NCBI GenBank assembly: GCA_963740315.1
Contig: CAVUDP010000002.1
Location: 1,696,001 to 1,760,000 of the forward strand
From: an uncultured cyanobacterium
Lineage (GTDB): Bacteria; Cyanobacteriota; Cyanobacteriia; Cyanobacteriales; Nostocaceae
Direction of reading: 5' to 3'
DNA: 64,000 nt
Shown here: piece after piece, positions 51,035 through 61,725 of the stretch
Layout of the letters: each line of letters starts with the position of its first letter
How positions within the stretch are numbered: position 1 is the first letter of the stretch
Program-made: the position numbers and the translations under genes
The notes under the pieces: model-generated
Database searches by the model: none
What the model was told of the DNA's origin: nothing
The model's input: the letters and a program-made list of their open reading frames with translations, nothing else

Positions 51035-51652
51035 ATGTCATACAGCGACTTTAAAACAATAGATCAAGCTGTTGCTGCATTAGAGTTAACTGTAGAAGAT
51101 ATTCCTCATTTATTCGGTCAAATTAAACCTATCGAACCTTCTCAACGTCTGAAAGAAACTTTAGATGAAACTTTAGATTTAGCATCAAGTATTAGTACGG
51201 AAAAAGCTCGCTCGGAATTGATTATTACACCAATATTATTAGAGATAAGGCGCAGATTTCCGAATAAAATCGGTTATTTTTCTGGTAATACTTTTAATAT
51301 TGATGAATCCAAGAGTTTAACTGGTGCTTGTGATTTTCTCTTAAGCGCATCTAGCAATCAATCATTAGTAACTGCTCCGGTTTTAACATTAGTAGAAGCT
51401 AAAGATAATGATATCCGTATCGGGTTAGGGCAGTGTGTAGCTCAAATGGTTGCTGCTCAAATGTTTAATACTCGTAAAGGATTGGAACAGCAAACTATTT
51501 ACGGTGCGGTTTCGACAGGTACTAACTGGAAATTTATGATGCTAGAGAATAATTTAGTAAAAATTGATTTAACTGAATATTTTATTACCCAATTGAGTCA
51601 GATATTAGGCATTTTGAGCGAACCGTTTAGAATTTATTTTACATCAAACTAA
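51035..51652 (+). CDS. Restriction-endonuclease-like PD-(D/E)XK hypothetical protein
   Basis: EKARSELIITPIL, CDFLL, VEAK and GQCVAQM. Confidence 0.75.
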   Translation: MSYSDFKTIDQAVAALELTVEDIPHLFGQIKPIEPSQRLKETLDETLDLASSISTEKARSELIITPILLEIRRRFPNKIGYFSGNTFNIDESKSLTGACDFLLSASSNQSLVTAPVLTLVEAKDNDIRIGLGQCVAQMVAAQMFNTRKGLEQQTIYGAVSTGTNWKFMMLENNLVKIDLTEYFITQLSQILGILSEPFRIYFTSN

Positions 51653-51709
51653 ACTTTAAAATATAAAATCCGATTGATTTATAAGAATATTTCGAGTTGA
51701 ATCAAATTA

Positions 51710-52024
51710 TTACTCATAATGATACCGACAAGCGAGAAAATCAATCTGAGTATTTCCAACACGATAAACAAGCCGATGCTCTATATCGATACGTCTAGAC
51801 CAAATATCCGCATCCATATATTTTAAAGGTTCTGGTTTGCCAATTCCTTCAAATGGATTTTCCATGACAGCAGTAACTAAATCTAAAATTTTCGATGCAA
51901 CTTTAAAATTTTGCTTGAACCACCAAGCCAAATCTTCTTTAAACTTAGAGCTAAAACCAGGGCTGCGATTAACAACTGGTTTGACTTCATCAGCTTCAAC
52001 CTTATTCTTCTTTTTCTTGCTCAA
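51710..52024 (-). CDS. yoeB: Txe/YoeB family toxin
   Basis: PFEGIGKPEPLK, WSRRIDIEHRLVY and CRYHY; probable TTG start at 52024, start uncertain. Confidence 0.9.
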   Translation of the reverse strand: MSKKKKNKVEADEVKPVVNRSPGFSSKFKEDLAWWFKQNFKVASKILDLVTAVMENPFEGIGKPEPLKYMDADIWSRRIDIEHRLVYRVGNTQIDFLACRYHYE

Positions 52025-52301
52025 TCCCCAACTCCTGTTGAAGCTCTTCAATTGTTTGAGGTTTAATGTTTTCAGTTTTAGATTCCTCAATTGCATCGAG
52101 TAAACGATTTGCATTTGCAGGAGTTTTCAACAGATAAACCGTTTCAACCAAACTTTTCAAATCCGATTCTGTAATCAAAGCAACATTTTCACCATCGCGA
52201 CGATTGATGATATATACCTGATTATTTTGTACAACTAGGTCTAACAGCTTAAAGAAGTTGTTTCTAGCATCCGTTGGAGATGTGATTTCGTAAGAAAACA
52301 T
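52002..52301 (-). CDS. yefM: Phd/YefM family antitoxin
   Basis: TDARNNFFKLLD, IINRR and ETVYLLKTPANANRL. Confidence 0.9.
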   Translation of the reverse strand: MFSYEITSPTDARNNFFKLLDLVVQNNQVYIINRRDGENVALITESDLKSLVETVYLLKTPANANRLLDAIEESKTENIKPQTIEELQQELGIEQEKEE

Positions 52302-52761
52302 CGTTTATGTACAGCTTTACGTACATATATTATAAGGCATTCAAATCATCATCGCTAAGGTCTGGTAATTTTCTTGAATTTTCGATTTTTATAAATTAGT
52401 TTCATAAGTTAGCAGTTATGTCAATACGTATTTCACGATAAATATGTATATAAATCATCTTATACTTGATTAAAATTTAGTTACGAATAAATAAAAACAA
52501 GTAATAAATTTTACTGAGTATAATTACAAGTTTCAGTGTAAATTAATTGTAGGATGCATTTGCCAACGCAAGGGATTTTTTTGTTTAAATACCTTGTTAG
52601 ATAGTGTTTTGAATAAAATAAGTCAGCCCTATTGAATGAATGTAATTGGCAAAAGTTCAGTTGTAAAACTGTGGCACGTTTTCTCGTGCGTAATTTTTCA
52701 TAATTATTAGAGAATATCAATCCACAGAAATATCAAACCTCAACATTTAAAAACCAAAAAT

Positions 52762-54975
52762 ATGCCTTCTACCTTCAATCTTTCAGCGCCATCTACTTTT
52801 AATTTACAAGAAGCGACAGTTGATGATATCCAAAAAGCATATAGTTTTGGAGCTTTGAGTATAGAGGAATTAACTCAACTCTACCTAAATAGAATTACAG
52901 CTTATGATGACCAAGGACCAAATCTTTCTGCGGTTATTTCTGTTAATCCCGATGCTTTGGATACAGCGAAGGAATTAGATGCAAAGTTGCGAAGTCAAGG
53001 AGCGGATGGAGCTTTGTATGGAATTCCGGTACTTTTAAAGGATAATTATGACACCTTTGATTTACCGACTACTGCGGGTTCTGATGTTTTAGCAGGTTCG
53101 ATTCCCCCCGATGATGCTTTTACTACCAAGGAATTTCGCGATGCTGGAGCAATTATTTTGGGTAAAACCAATATGAGCGAATTTGCTCTTTCTTCGGGAA
53201 GACTTGGTTACAGTTCTTTGGGAGGTTTAACGCTCAATCCTTATAATCTCAACCGCGATGCTAGTGGTTCGAGTAGTGGTACGGGTGCTGCAATTGCGGC
53301 AAATTTTGCGACGTTAGGTACTGGTACGGATACAGCAGGTTCGGTTCGCGGCCCTTCTTCCGTTACGGGTTTGGTGGGAATCAAGCCTACGCGGGGATTG
53401 GTGAGTGCCGATGGTATAGTTCCCCTGGCGCTTACTGCCGATGTTGCTGGCCCGATGGCGCTTACTGTTGAAGATGCGGCGATCGCACTGTCCGTAATGG
53501 CTGGTGTCGATCCTAACGATCCGGCTACTGAAGCGAGTCAGGGTAAAGGTTTTGACGATTACACTCAATTTTTAGATAAAGATGCTCTTAAAGGTGCAAG
53601 AATTGGTGTAGCGCGGGATTATTTCGGCGGTAACGATGAAGTTGATAATCTGGTAGAAGCAGCTATTGATAATATGAGGGCTGCTGGTGCAACTGTGATT
53701 GAATTGGATATTCCCGACACGGTGGTTGATGCTTCTAATTACGGTACTTTACTAAATCCCGTAGTTCAAGCTGAATTCAAACCGCAGATTGAGGAATATT
53801 TGGGTACCCTCGATGAAGAATATCCGAAAAACTTAGAAGAATTAATTGCAGCTAGTAAAGATCCAGAATTGGTTAACTCGGAAACTCCAGTTAATCCAAA
53901 TCGGATTGCAGTATACGAAGATTCGCTCTCATTCGGTGGTTTGAATAATCCCGAATATCAAGCAGCAATTAGCGAAGGTATTCCCAAGCTGCAAGAAGAA
54001 TTAAATAATATCTTTGTTAGCAATAAATTAGATGCGATCGTTTATCCAACCATTGCCACTCCACCGACACCGATTACTGACTCTGAAGGTAATGTAATTG
54101 ACGATCCAACTTATCAAGCCGATTTAGATAACCTTGGCGGAGATCCTTATCGTGCAAATTATTTAGGAAATTTAACAGGTTTCCCCGATATAACTTTACC
54201 TGTGGGATATACCGAGCAAGGTTTACCCGTGGGTATGTCTTTATTCGGTCAAGCATTTACCGAACCCAAGCTGATAGGATTAGCATATGCTTACGAGCAG
54301 GAAAATCCAGTTCGAGTTCCCCCATCGAATACACCAGCTTTACCGGGAGAAAAGTTTGAATATCTCACCGAAGTTTTGATTGTTGGTGATGCCGAAGATG
54401 ATATTTTAGAAACTGGATTATTGCCAGATTTTGATGGTAATAAAGATGTAGTATTTGCAGGTTTTGGTGATGACTTAGTAGATACAACTCAAAGTATTTC
54501 CGGTGGTAATCGGGTATTCGGTGGTAGCGGTAATGATGAATTATTTGCGGGCAAAAACGATCGCATTAATGGTGGTACTGGAAACGATATTTTAGATGCT
54601 TCTACTGGTAGAGGAGGTAATCGTTTGAGTGGTGGTGATGGCGATGATACCTTTTTTGCAGGTGGTAGCGATCGATTAATTGGTGGTAATGGTAACGATA
54701 CATTTTTTATGATTGAAAAAGGTGGAAATACAATTAGTAGTGGTGCTGGTAAAGACCAATTTTGGATTGTTACGGCAGAATTACCAGAGCAAGTAAATAC
54801 AATTACTGATTTTGAAATTGGAATTGATGTAATTGGCATTGCGGGTATTGGTTCTTTTGAAGATATTACCTTTAATGTCGATGGTGGGAATACAGTAATA
54901 AACCTTTTGAATCAAGAAGTAGCAGTTTTGTTGGGAGTAGAAGGAATTGGGGAAAGTGATTTTGCTTTTGTTTAA
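52762..54975 (+). CDS. Amidase-signature protein with C-terminal RTX Ca-binding repeats
   Basis: LKDN, GKTNMSEF, GSSSG and GTDTAGSVRGP; GGxGxD repeats. Confidence 0.9.
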   Translation: MPSTFNLSAPSTFNLQEATVDDIQKAYSFGALSIEELTQLYLNRITAYDDQGPNLSAVISVNPDALDTAKELDAKLRSQGADGALYGIPVLLKDNYDTFDLPTTAGSDVLAGSIPPDDAFTTKEFRDAGAIILGKTNMSEFALSSGRLGYSSLGGLTLNPYNLNRDASGSSSGTGAAIAANFATLGTGTDTAGSVRGPSSVTGLVGIKPTRGLVSADGIVPLALTADVAGPMALTVEDAAIALSVMAGVDPNDPATEASQGKGFDDYTQFLDKDALKGARIGVARDYFGGNDEVDNLVEAAIDNMRAAGATVIELDIPDTVVDASNYGTLLNPVVQAEFKPQIEEYLGTLDEEYPKNLEELIAASKDPELVNSETPVNPNRIAVYEDSLSFGGLNNPEYQAAISEGIPKLQEELNNIFVSNKLDAIVYPTIATPPTPITDSEGNVIDDPTYQADLDNLGGDPYRANYLGNLTGFPDITLPVGYTEQGLPVGMSLFGQAFTEPKLIGLAYAYEQENPVRVPPSNTPALPGEKFEYLTEVLIVGDAEDDILETGLLPDFDGNKDVVFAGFGDDLVDTTQSISGGNRVFGGSGNDELFAGKNDRINGGTGNDILDASTGRGGNRLSGGDGDDTFFAGGSDRLIGGNGNDTFFMIEKGGNTISSGAGKDQFWIVTAELPEQVNTITDFEIGIDVIGIAGIGSFEDITFNVDGGNTVINLLNQEVAVLLGVEGIGESDFAFV

Positions 54976-55109
54976 TTAGTTCCTTCGTCGTTCGTAGTAA
55001 GGGTTTTAACCCTTTCTTCCGAGGACTAAAGTCCTTACTAATTAATAACGAGCATAAAAGCGATCGCGGTTACTGTTTTAACCCTTTCCTCTGAGGGCTA
55101 AAGCCCTTA

Positions 55110-55325
55110 CTACGAACTAATAAAAACCAAAATAAACATAAGATTATCTTTATAATCCATTCCCAATTGCTCGAATAGCTTATCTGCATCTGCTGTGGAG
55201 TTTTGAAATAAGGAAGAGGGATTTTGAGTTAACAACCGCGACGTAGTTTCACTATATACAGGAAGATTCAGTGAAAGTATTGCGGTAACGGATATTAAAG
55301 CAATTAATTTTAAGGGGGAATACAT
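55110..55325 (-). pseudogene. Probable N-terminal fragment of a secreted TPR/CHAT-type protein
   Basis: Signal-like N-terminus, then ADADKLFEQ; the stop codon comes from a REP element. Confidence 0.4.
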
Positions 55326-55657
55326 AAAGCAAACTCTCACAGAATGTTAATATTTTACATATAACGCTAGTATTTGTACTGATGCAAGGAAAGATTACAG
55401 CGTTACGTTTATGTATATATCCTGGGGCTTAGGGGTTATGCAGTTCGTAGTTGCGCTGTCTTCGCCAAATAAATCATATTGGTGCGTTATGGCAAGGAGA
55501 TAAGCACGTAAGTGTAATTCGTAATTCGTGATATTTAGATATAAGAATTATTTGTTATAAGTTAGATTACCGATGGTGCGTTACGGCAAAAAGATGACAT
55601 ATCTGTTTATTTTGTTAACATTACGCAGCCGTAACACACCCTACAAAACTGCTATTC

Positions 55658-56224
55658 TCAAACAAACAAACGCGATACCTGGCAAACAAAATTCGGTAGC
55701 ATTGGCGAAGTTAATTCATCTGCAACAAACAAGGTTTCGACTAACTTCAAAAGCGCTTTATCCCGTCGATAAACCTCAACTTGCTGCGATCGCCAATCCA
55801 AAATCCAATATTCTTGCACTCCCCTAGTAGCATATAATTTCAACTTTACTTCTCTATCCCGACGTTGGTTTTCAACACCTTCAGAAAGCACTTCAATAAC
55901 TAATTCTGGCGCACCTGTTAAATGTCCCGCTTCATCAAGTAACATTGTCAGACGTTCTTTACTCACCCAAACTACATCGGGAATTACGTTATCTGCGTCG
56001 GTAAAAATGATTCCTGGAGTCTGAACTGCTTCCCCTAAACCTGATGAAATTGACCAAGCTCTTAATTCAGCATAAGAATTGCCACTTGCTTTCTGATGTC
56101 CCCAATGTGGTGCCCTAGTCACGAACAATTCCCCATCAATAATTTCATAGCGATTGCCATTATCTGGTAATAGCTCAATATCAGCTATAGTCCATCGTAC
56201 CCGTTCTTCAGTGCTTTGGCTCAT
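55658..56224 (-). CDS. Uma2 family endonuclease
   Basis: RYEIIDG, IPDVVWV, APELVIEVLS and GVQEYWILD; start at MSQSTEE. Confidence 0.92.
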   Translation of the reverse strand: MSQSTEERVRWTIADIELLPDNGNRYEIIDGELFVTRAPHWGHQKASGNSYAELRAWSISSGLGEAVQTPGIIFTDADNVIPDVVWVSKERLTMLLDEAGHLTGAPELVIEVLSEGVENQRRDREVKLKLYATRGVQEYWILDWRSQQVEVYRRDKALLKLVETLFVADELTSPMLPNFVCQVSRLFV

Positions 56225-56620
56225 GGGATTTTTGTCTTGCGGTGTTATTGATATTTTAGCTTTAATTATTGAATACAATACCCGCCCACGGTTGCAAACC
56301 TATGCCCATAAATTCCCTCCGGGTGCGTTACGGCTTCAATTAATATATCTGTTTATTCGACTACCATTACGCAGCCGTACAATTAATAAAGAAATATTTA
56401 TCGCTTGTGTAGACGCGGTTCCAACCGCCAGGTATTCTTAGTTAAATATAGAATGGTGCGTTACGACTTCGGTTAACATATCTATTTATTCCACTACCTT
56501 TACGCACCCGTAACACACCCTACAATTAATTCAGATTTAACCCGCGACGGCGGGTTTCGCTTGTGTAGACGCGGTTTCAACCGCCCGGTTATATTTACTT
56601 TAACCTCTGACTTTGACCTG

Positions 56621-57952
56621 ATGACAAACTCCTTAATCCAAACCCTACAATTAATTGCCAATCCCATAAACTTTTTTGACAACCATGCGAAAAAATATGG
56701 TGATACTTTTAGTTTGCGAGTTTTAGGTATAAATTCGCCGCCAGTTGTCTTTTTTAGCAGTCCCCAAGCTATTGATGATTGTTTCGCAATTCCCGCCAAA
56801 AAATTAGATTTTAAAAAAGCTACCCACGTATTTAAACCCTTATTCGGCAGCGATTCTATTGTTTTTCAAGAAGGTAAATCCCATAATCGGCAAAGACAAT
56901 TATTGATGCCTCCCTTTCATGGCGATCGCCTCAAGTCTTACGGTGATACTATATGCAATATTACTAATAATGTAACTCGCAATTGGCAGGTTAACAACAC
57001 CGTTTCCATGCAGCAAGTAATGCCGGATATCACTTTACAAATTATTTTACAGGTAGTATTTGGAATCACTCCAGGTGAACGTTACGAAAAGTTAATAAAA
57101 TTATTAACCGCGCTATTAGATGATATTACTAAACCGTTGTTTTCCAGTTTATTTTTCTTTCCACCTTTACAGCAAGATTTAGGAAAATGGAGTCCTTGGG
57201 GAAATTATCTCAAAAGACGCGAAGAAATTGATAAGTTAATATATGCAGAGATTTCCGAACGTAGAACAAATAATGATAATTTAGGTGAAGATATTTTAAG
57301 TATGTTGATGTCAGCGAGTGACGAAGATGGCGGTAAAATGACAGATAAGGAATTGCGAGATCAATTAGTTTCTTTACTGCTTTTAGGTTACGAAACCACA
57401 TCTGGTGTATTAGCGTGGTTATTTTATATGATTCACTCGCATCCAGAAGTGAAAGATAAATTAATGAATGAATTACAAACTTTAGATAGTAATTTAGATA
57501 AATCTCCAGAAGCGATCGCTCAACTACCTTACCTCAATGCAGTTTGCTCCGAAACCATGCGACTTCACCCCATCGCTTTAATTTGCACTCCCCGCATGGC
57601 TGTAGATAAAGTAGAAGTTGTAGGAGTTAAGTTCGATCCAGGTACCGTTTTAGTTCCCTGCATATATTTAGCTCATCGTCAGGAAGCAACTTATCAACAA
57701 CCCGATAAATTCATCCCCGAAAGATTTTTAGATAAAAAGTTTTCCGCATTTGAATATCTGCCTTTTGGGGGAGGTTATCGCGGCTGTATTGGTGCTGCTT
57801 TTGCAGTGTATGAAATGAAGTTGATATTAGCAACAATTATCCAAAAATTTGAATTGGAATTAGTCGATAAAAAACCAGTAAAACCCGTGCGTCGGGGGAT
57901 TACAATTGTTCCGAGTGGTGGAGTGTCGATGAAGGTTATGGAAACTATTTGA
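56621..57952 (+). CDS. Cytochrome P450 (CYP110-like)
   Basis: LGYETT, ETMR, PERF and FGGGYRGCIG; start placed at MTNSLIQ. Confidence 0.95.
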   Translation: MTNSLIQTLQLIANPINFFDNHAKKYGDTFSLRVLGINSPPVVFFSSPQAIDDCFAIPAKKLDFKKATHVFKPLFGSDSIVFQEGKSHNRQRQLLMPPFHGDRLKSYGDTICNITNNVTRNWQVNNTVSMQQVMPDITLQIILQVVFGITPGERYEKLIKLLTALLDDITKPLFSSLFFFPPLQQDLGKWSPWGNYLKRREEIDKLIYAEISERRTNNDNLGEDILSMLMSASDEDGGKMTDKELRDQLVSLLLLGYETTSGVLAWLFYMIHSHPEVKDKLMNELQTLDSNLDKSPEAIAQLPYLNAVCSETMRLHPIALICTPRMAVDKVEVVGVKFDPGTVLVPCIYLAHRQEATYQQPDKFIPERFLDKKFSAFEYLPFGGGYRGCIGAAFAVYEMKLILATIIQKFELELVDKKPVKPVRRGITIVPSGGVSMKVMETI

Positions 57953-58066
57953 TATTGTTAACCTCTGCGTTAAAAAACTTAAAACAAGAGAGGAGTAAAT
58001 TAGGAACTTGAAACCGTTCGTAATCTAATCTAAAATCTAAAATCTAAAATCCAAAATTGTTTTGGT

Positions 58067-61000
58067 TTATTTCCACTCCCCCTGCAAAGTAAAAGCCGCC
58101 CAATAATGGGGACTGCGCCAATCTGGATTAGCCCATAACTTCCGCTGTGCAGCCCGTAACGCTTCGGCAGGAGTTTTATTCTCCTGCAACATCTGTTTAT
58201 AAAACTCTTGCATCAGTACCGACGTACCCTTATCATCAACCTGCCACAACGACAAAGCGACTCGCGAAGCACCTGCATACATCAACCCTCTTGTCAAGCC
58301 CACTAAACCTTCACCGCTGACATCTTTACCAAGTCCAGTTTCGCAAGCACTTAATACAATTAATTCTGCTGGATAATCTTGTTCAAATAAATCTGCTAAT
58401 CGTAAATAACCCGGTATTTGTTGACCATCTTTATTGACTAAAGATAAAACAATACCCGATAATTCCGGGCGATCGGGATTAACAAAACCGTGGGTTGCAA
58501 AGTGTAAAATTTGGTATTGATTGAGATTTTTACTTGTTGCCCAGTTATAGTTAGCATCGAAGCTAAATGCTTGTAGGCTGTTGCTAGAGGGAACGAGTTT
58601 TAGTATTTCTTGGGCTTCTATTAAAGTATTTGGTAATTGACTCCAACCTTCACGATTAAGACTTTTTGCAGAACGTTTTAGAGCAGAACGTTCTAAATCA
58701 AGTTCGGGAGCGAGAGGAACTTCTTTACCTGTAACTCTTTTGTCCTTGGAACTGTATACTGGATCTGCAAGAATGGCGATTTTTTTAGGTGCAATTTTGC
58801 GATTCGCGATTTTTTCCCGCTGGATTGCGATCGTTGATGCTGAAGGTAAATTAACAATTTCGTGGTTGAGCATCAAAGGTTGATAATTAGAATTATTAAT
58901 ATTTACCCCTGGTTTTGGTTCGGGAATCAGCCCACCTCTGGAGACGTTACATATAACGTCTCTACATTCTTCCCGCTCTACCCCCTCTACCCCCTCTCCC
59001 CCCTCTCCCGAAGGATCGGCTAATGCTGCAAAAGGAATCTGTTGCAAAACACCATCAGCAACGATGACTAATCTTTTCCCGGTTATCTTATCTTTTACAG
59101 GTTTAAGAATAACTTCGCTGAGTGCTTGGGCTGAATCAACTGCTGAATTATTTGTTGATAATTCACGATGAAATCTATTAGCAATTTCCTCAATTTCTTC
59201 ACCTTTTGGTAATTCGTAGCTACTAAGAGAATTAGGAGTGACTAACCATAAATAACTGCGTTCCTCACCCAGGGAATATTGCAGTAAAACGGTATCTTTA
59301 TCTAATTGCTGTTGAATCTCGGCTAATTTTAACGGTTCGGGGTTAGTTAATTTATCTCGTTCTGGGTTTTGAGCGCGGATTAAAGCTTTAAGTTGTTTTT
59401 GTTGATTGATGATATTTTGAATTTCGGTTTCGGTTTGTTTAATAGTGTCTTTTGGTAATGGGGTTTGATTAATTAATTGAGCAAGGATTTTTTCTTGAGC
59501 TTGACGTTTAAGCTGTAATTCTTTTTCTTCTACAATGAATTTTGGGTCAACATTTTTGCTGAGTTTAGCGTTAGCTTGAGCTAATAATTCGATTAAACCA
59601 CGAGCGCGGGAACGTTCTGATATGTGTAGCGCTAATGCATCGTATCCTAAAGATGGGTTTTTCTTGTGTTGTTCCATCAATAGGTCGATGTAGAATTTGT
59701 AGTATTTCTGGACTGTGGAGAAATAGGTAGTTTTTAAATCTTGGTTGGTGTAGGTAGTGCGTAAGTCTTCGATGATTGCGATCGCGCTTTCGATATGTTT
59801 GAGGGATGCTTGTAAATTGTCTTGTTTGCGTTCGAGTGAAGCAAGATTTCCTAGAATTACAGATTCTTTATCCTTATCACCTACCGCACGATATAAAGGT
59901 AAAGCTTGGTTGTAGTATTGCAGAGCTTTCTGCTTTTCTCCTAAATCCGAGTAGACAGAACCAATATTATTAAGGTTAGTAGCTTCTCTGCCCCTGTCTC
60001 CCACTGCACGAGATAAAGTTAAAGCTTGGTTGAAGTTTTGCAGTGCCTTCTGCTTTTCTCCTAAATCCGAGTAGACAAAACCAATACTAGAGACGGTAGT
60101 AGCTTCTACACTCCTATTTCCCAACGCACGAGATAAAGGTAAAGCTTGGTTATAGTATTCGAGTGCCTTCTGATTTTCTCCTAAAGCTGAGTAGACAAAA
60201 CCAATATTATTAAGGTTAGTAGCTTCTACACTCCTATTTCCCACCGCACGAGATAAAGGTAAAGCTTGGTTATAGTATTCCAGTGCCTTCTGATTTTCTC
60301 CTAAAGAATTGTAAATTGTACCAATACCATTAAGAGTAGTAGCTTCTACACTCCTATTTTCCACCGCACGAGATAAAGTTAAAGCTTGGTTATAGTATTC
60401 CAGTGCCTTCTGATTTTCTCCTAAATTCGAGTAGACTTGACCAATATTATGAAAGGTTCCTGCTTCTTTAAACTTATCTCCCACCGCACGAGATAAAGTT
60501 AAAGCTTGGTTATAGTATTGTAAAGCTTTCTGCTTTTCTCCTAAATCCGAGTACAACAGACCAATATTATTGAGTGTAGTGGCTTCTCCACCCTTGTCTC
60601 CCACCGCACGTGATAAAGGTAAAGCTTGGTTGTAGAATTGTAGAGCTTTCTGCTTTTCTCCTAAATCCGAGTACAACAGACCAATATTATTGAGTGTAGT
60701 GGCTTCTCCACCTCTGTCTCCCACCGCACGAAATATAGGTAAAGCTTGGTTGAAGTTTTGCAGTGCCTTCTGGTTTTCTCCTAAATCCCAGTAAATTCGA
60801 CCAATAATCAAAATAGTAGAAGCTTGCCAGTTCTTATCCCCCAGTTTCTGCCACAAAACCAGTGCCGCTTCCCATTTTTTTCTCGCTGCGAGCAGTGATT
60901 CCTTACTTCCTTGCTCAAATAATTGCCGCCCTTCTCGGAATAATTTTAATGCTTCAACCTCGGTTGAATCCGCTCGCGTTTCTCCCTGTTGAGCGATTTC

Positions 61001-61111
61001 TAAATTCCTAAAAGCATATACACTCCCCACATCAGAAATCAAAAATACAGTTAAAAATACAGCAAAGGCGCGATGCATTAAAACTCGAACATGATGATGT
61101 TTTTTGCTCAT
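58067..61111 (-). CDS. TPR-repeat CHAT domain protein
   Basis: Signal-like N-terminus, 40-aa TPR units, HFATHG, LSACETGLG and PHYWAAF. Confidence 0.93.
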   Translation of the reverse strand: MSKKHHHVRVLMHRAFAVFLTVFLISDVGSVYAFRNLEIAQQGETRADSTEVEALKLFREGRQLFEQGSKESLLAARKKWEAALVLWQKLGDKNWQASTILIIGRIYWDLGENQKALQNFNQALPIFRAVGDRGGEATTLNNIGLLYSDLGEKQKALQFYNQALPLSRAVGDKGGEATTLNNIGLLYSDLGEKQKALQYYNQALTLSRAVGDKFKEAGTFHNIGQVYSNLGENQKALEYYNQALTLSRAVENRSVEATTLNGIGTIYNSLGENQKALEYYNQALPLSRAVGNRSVEATNLNNIGFVYSALGENQKALEYYNQALPLSRALGNRSVEATTVSSIGFVYSDLGEKQKALQNFNQALTLSRAVGDRGREATNLNNIGSVYSDLGEKQKALQYYNQALPLYRAVGDKDKESVILGNLASLERKQDNLQASLKHIESAIAIIEDLRTTYTNQDLKTTYFSTVQKYYKFYIDLLMEQHKKNPSLGYDALALHISERSRARGLIELLAQANAKLSKNVDPKFIVEEKELQLKRQAQEKILAQLINQTPLPKDTIKQTETEIQNIINQQKQLKALIRAQNPERDKLTNPEPLKLAEIQQQLDKDTVLLQYSLGEERSYLWLVTPNSLSSYELPKGEEIEEIANRFHRELSTNNSAVDSAQALSEVILKPVKDKITGKRLVIVADGVLQQIPFAALADPSGEGGEGVEGVEREECRDVICNVSRGGLIPEPKPGVNINNSNYQPLMLNHEIVNLPSASTIAIQREKIANRKIAPKKIAILADPVYSSKDKRVTGKEVPLAPELDLERSALKRSAKSLNREGWSQLPNTLIEAQEILKLVPSSNSLQAFSFDANYNWATSKNLNQYQILHFATHGFVNPDRPELSGIVLSLVNKDGQQIPGYLRLADLFEQDYPAELIVLSACETGLGKDVSGEGLVGLTRGLMYAGASRVALSLWQVDDKGTSVLMQEFYKQMLQENKTPAEALRAAQRKLWANPDWRSPHYWAAFTLQGEWK

Positions 61112-61725
61112 GACTTATTACTTCAAGTGATTTTTCTATAGCTATAAACATCTATATCTAACGCCTTCCTAATTATGCAGTTACTGTTTTAACCGCAAAA
61201 TTACTGAACGATCGACCGCAGAGGGCGCGGAGGGCGCGGAGGAAAGAGGTAAGGAGAGATAAGGAGTAAGCAGGAGATAATCTAAGCAAACTTTCGACAT
61301 ATTGAAAGCGATACGAGATTAGCTACAGGGTATATTAAATTACAATTATGAGATTAGCAAGTGATTGTAATTACATTGTTCTTGCAGTTTTCGGCAAATC
61401 TTATTTTTTCACGTTGTTTTTTTATGCTGTAACGGTTAATTATTAACTTTCTTTCCTTGAATCAAAATCAAACTGTTGTTCAAGCCTAACTTGTTCTTCA
61501 TTGTTGAAAAATCCGCAGAAAGTAGGTTGGGTTAGACGCACGAGAATTTTGAATTTTAGCTAATAATTAATATTGCGTCGTAACCCAACATTCGATTGTT
61601 GTAACTTTTAGTATTTATTCAAAACCTGATGTTGGGTTAAACAGGAGAAGGTAAATTGTAATTACCATCAAAATTATTTTCCTGTCTAACCCAACCTACA
61701 AAATCTTTTAATTCAGTAATTACAC

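Noticed and set aside
45199..57952. Methyltransferases, P450s and amidase as a secondary-metabolite cluster
   Set aside because: There is no core synthase, and the genes are interspersed with unrelated TA, LCP and Uma2 genes.
61500..61725. Tn7 or type I-D CAST inserted downstream of glmS
   Set aside because: There are no tnsABC/tniQ genes or repeated TnsB sites. The TGT about 26 bp past the stop belongs to a GTAGGTTGGGTT REP, and the I-D locus retains cas3, cas1, cas2 and cas4.
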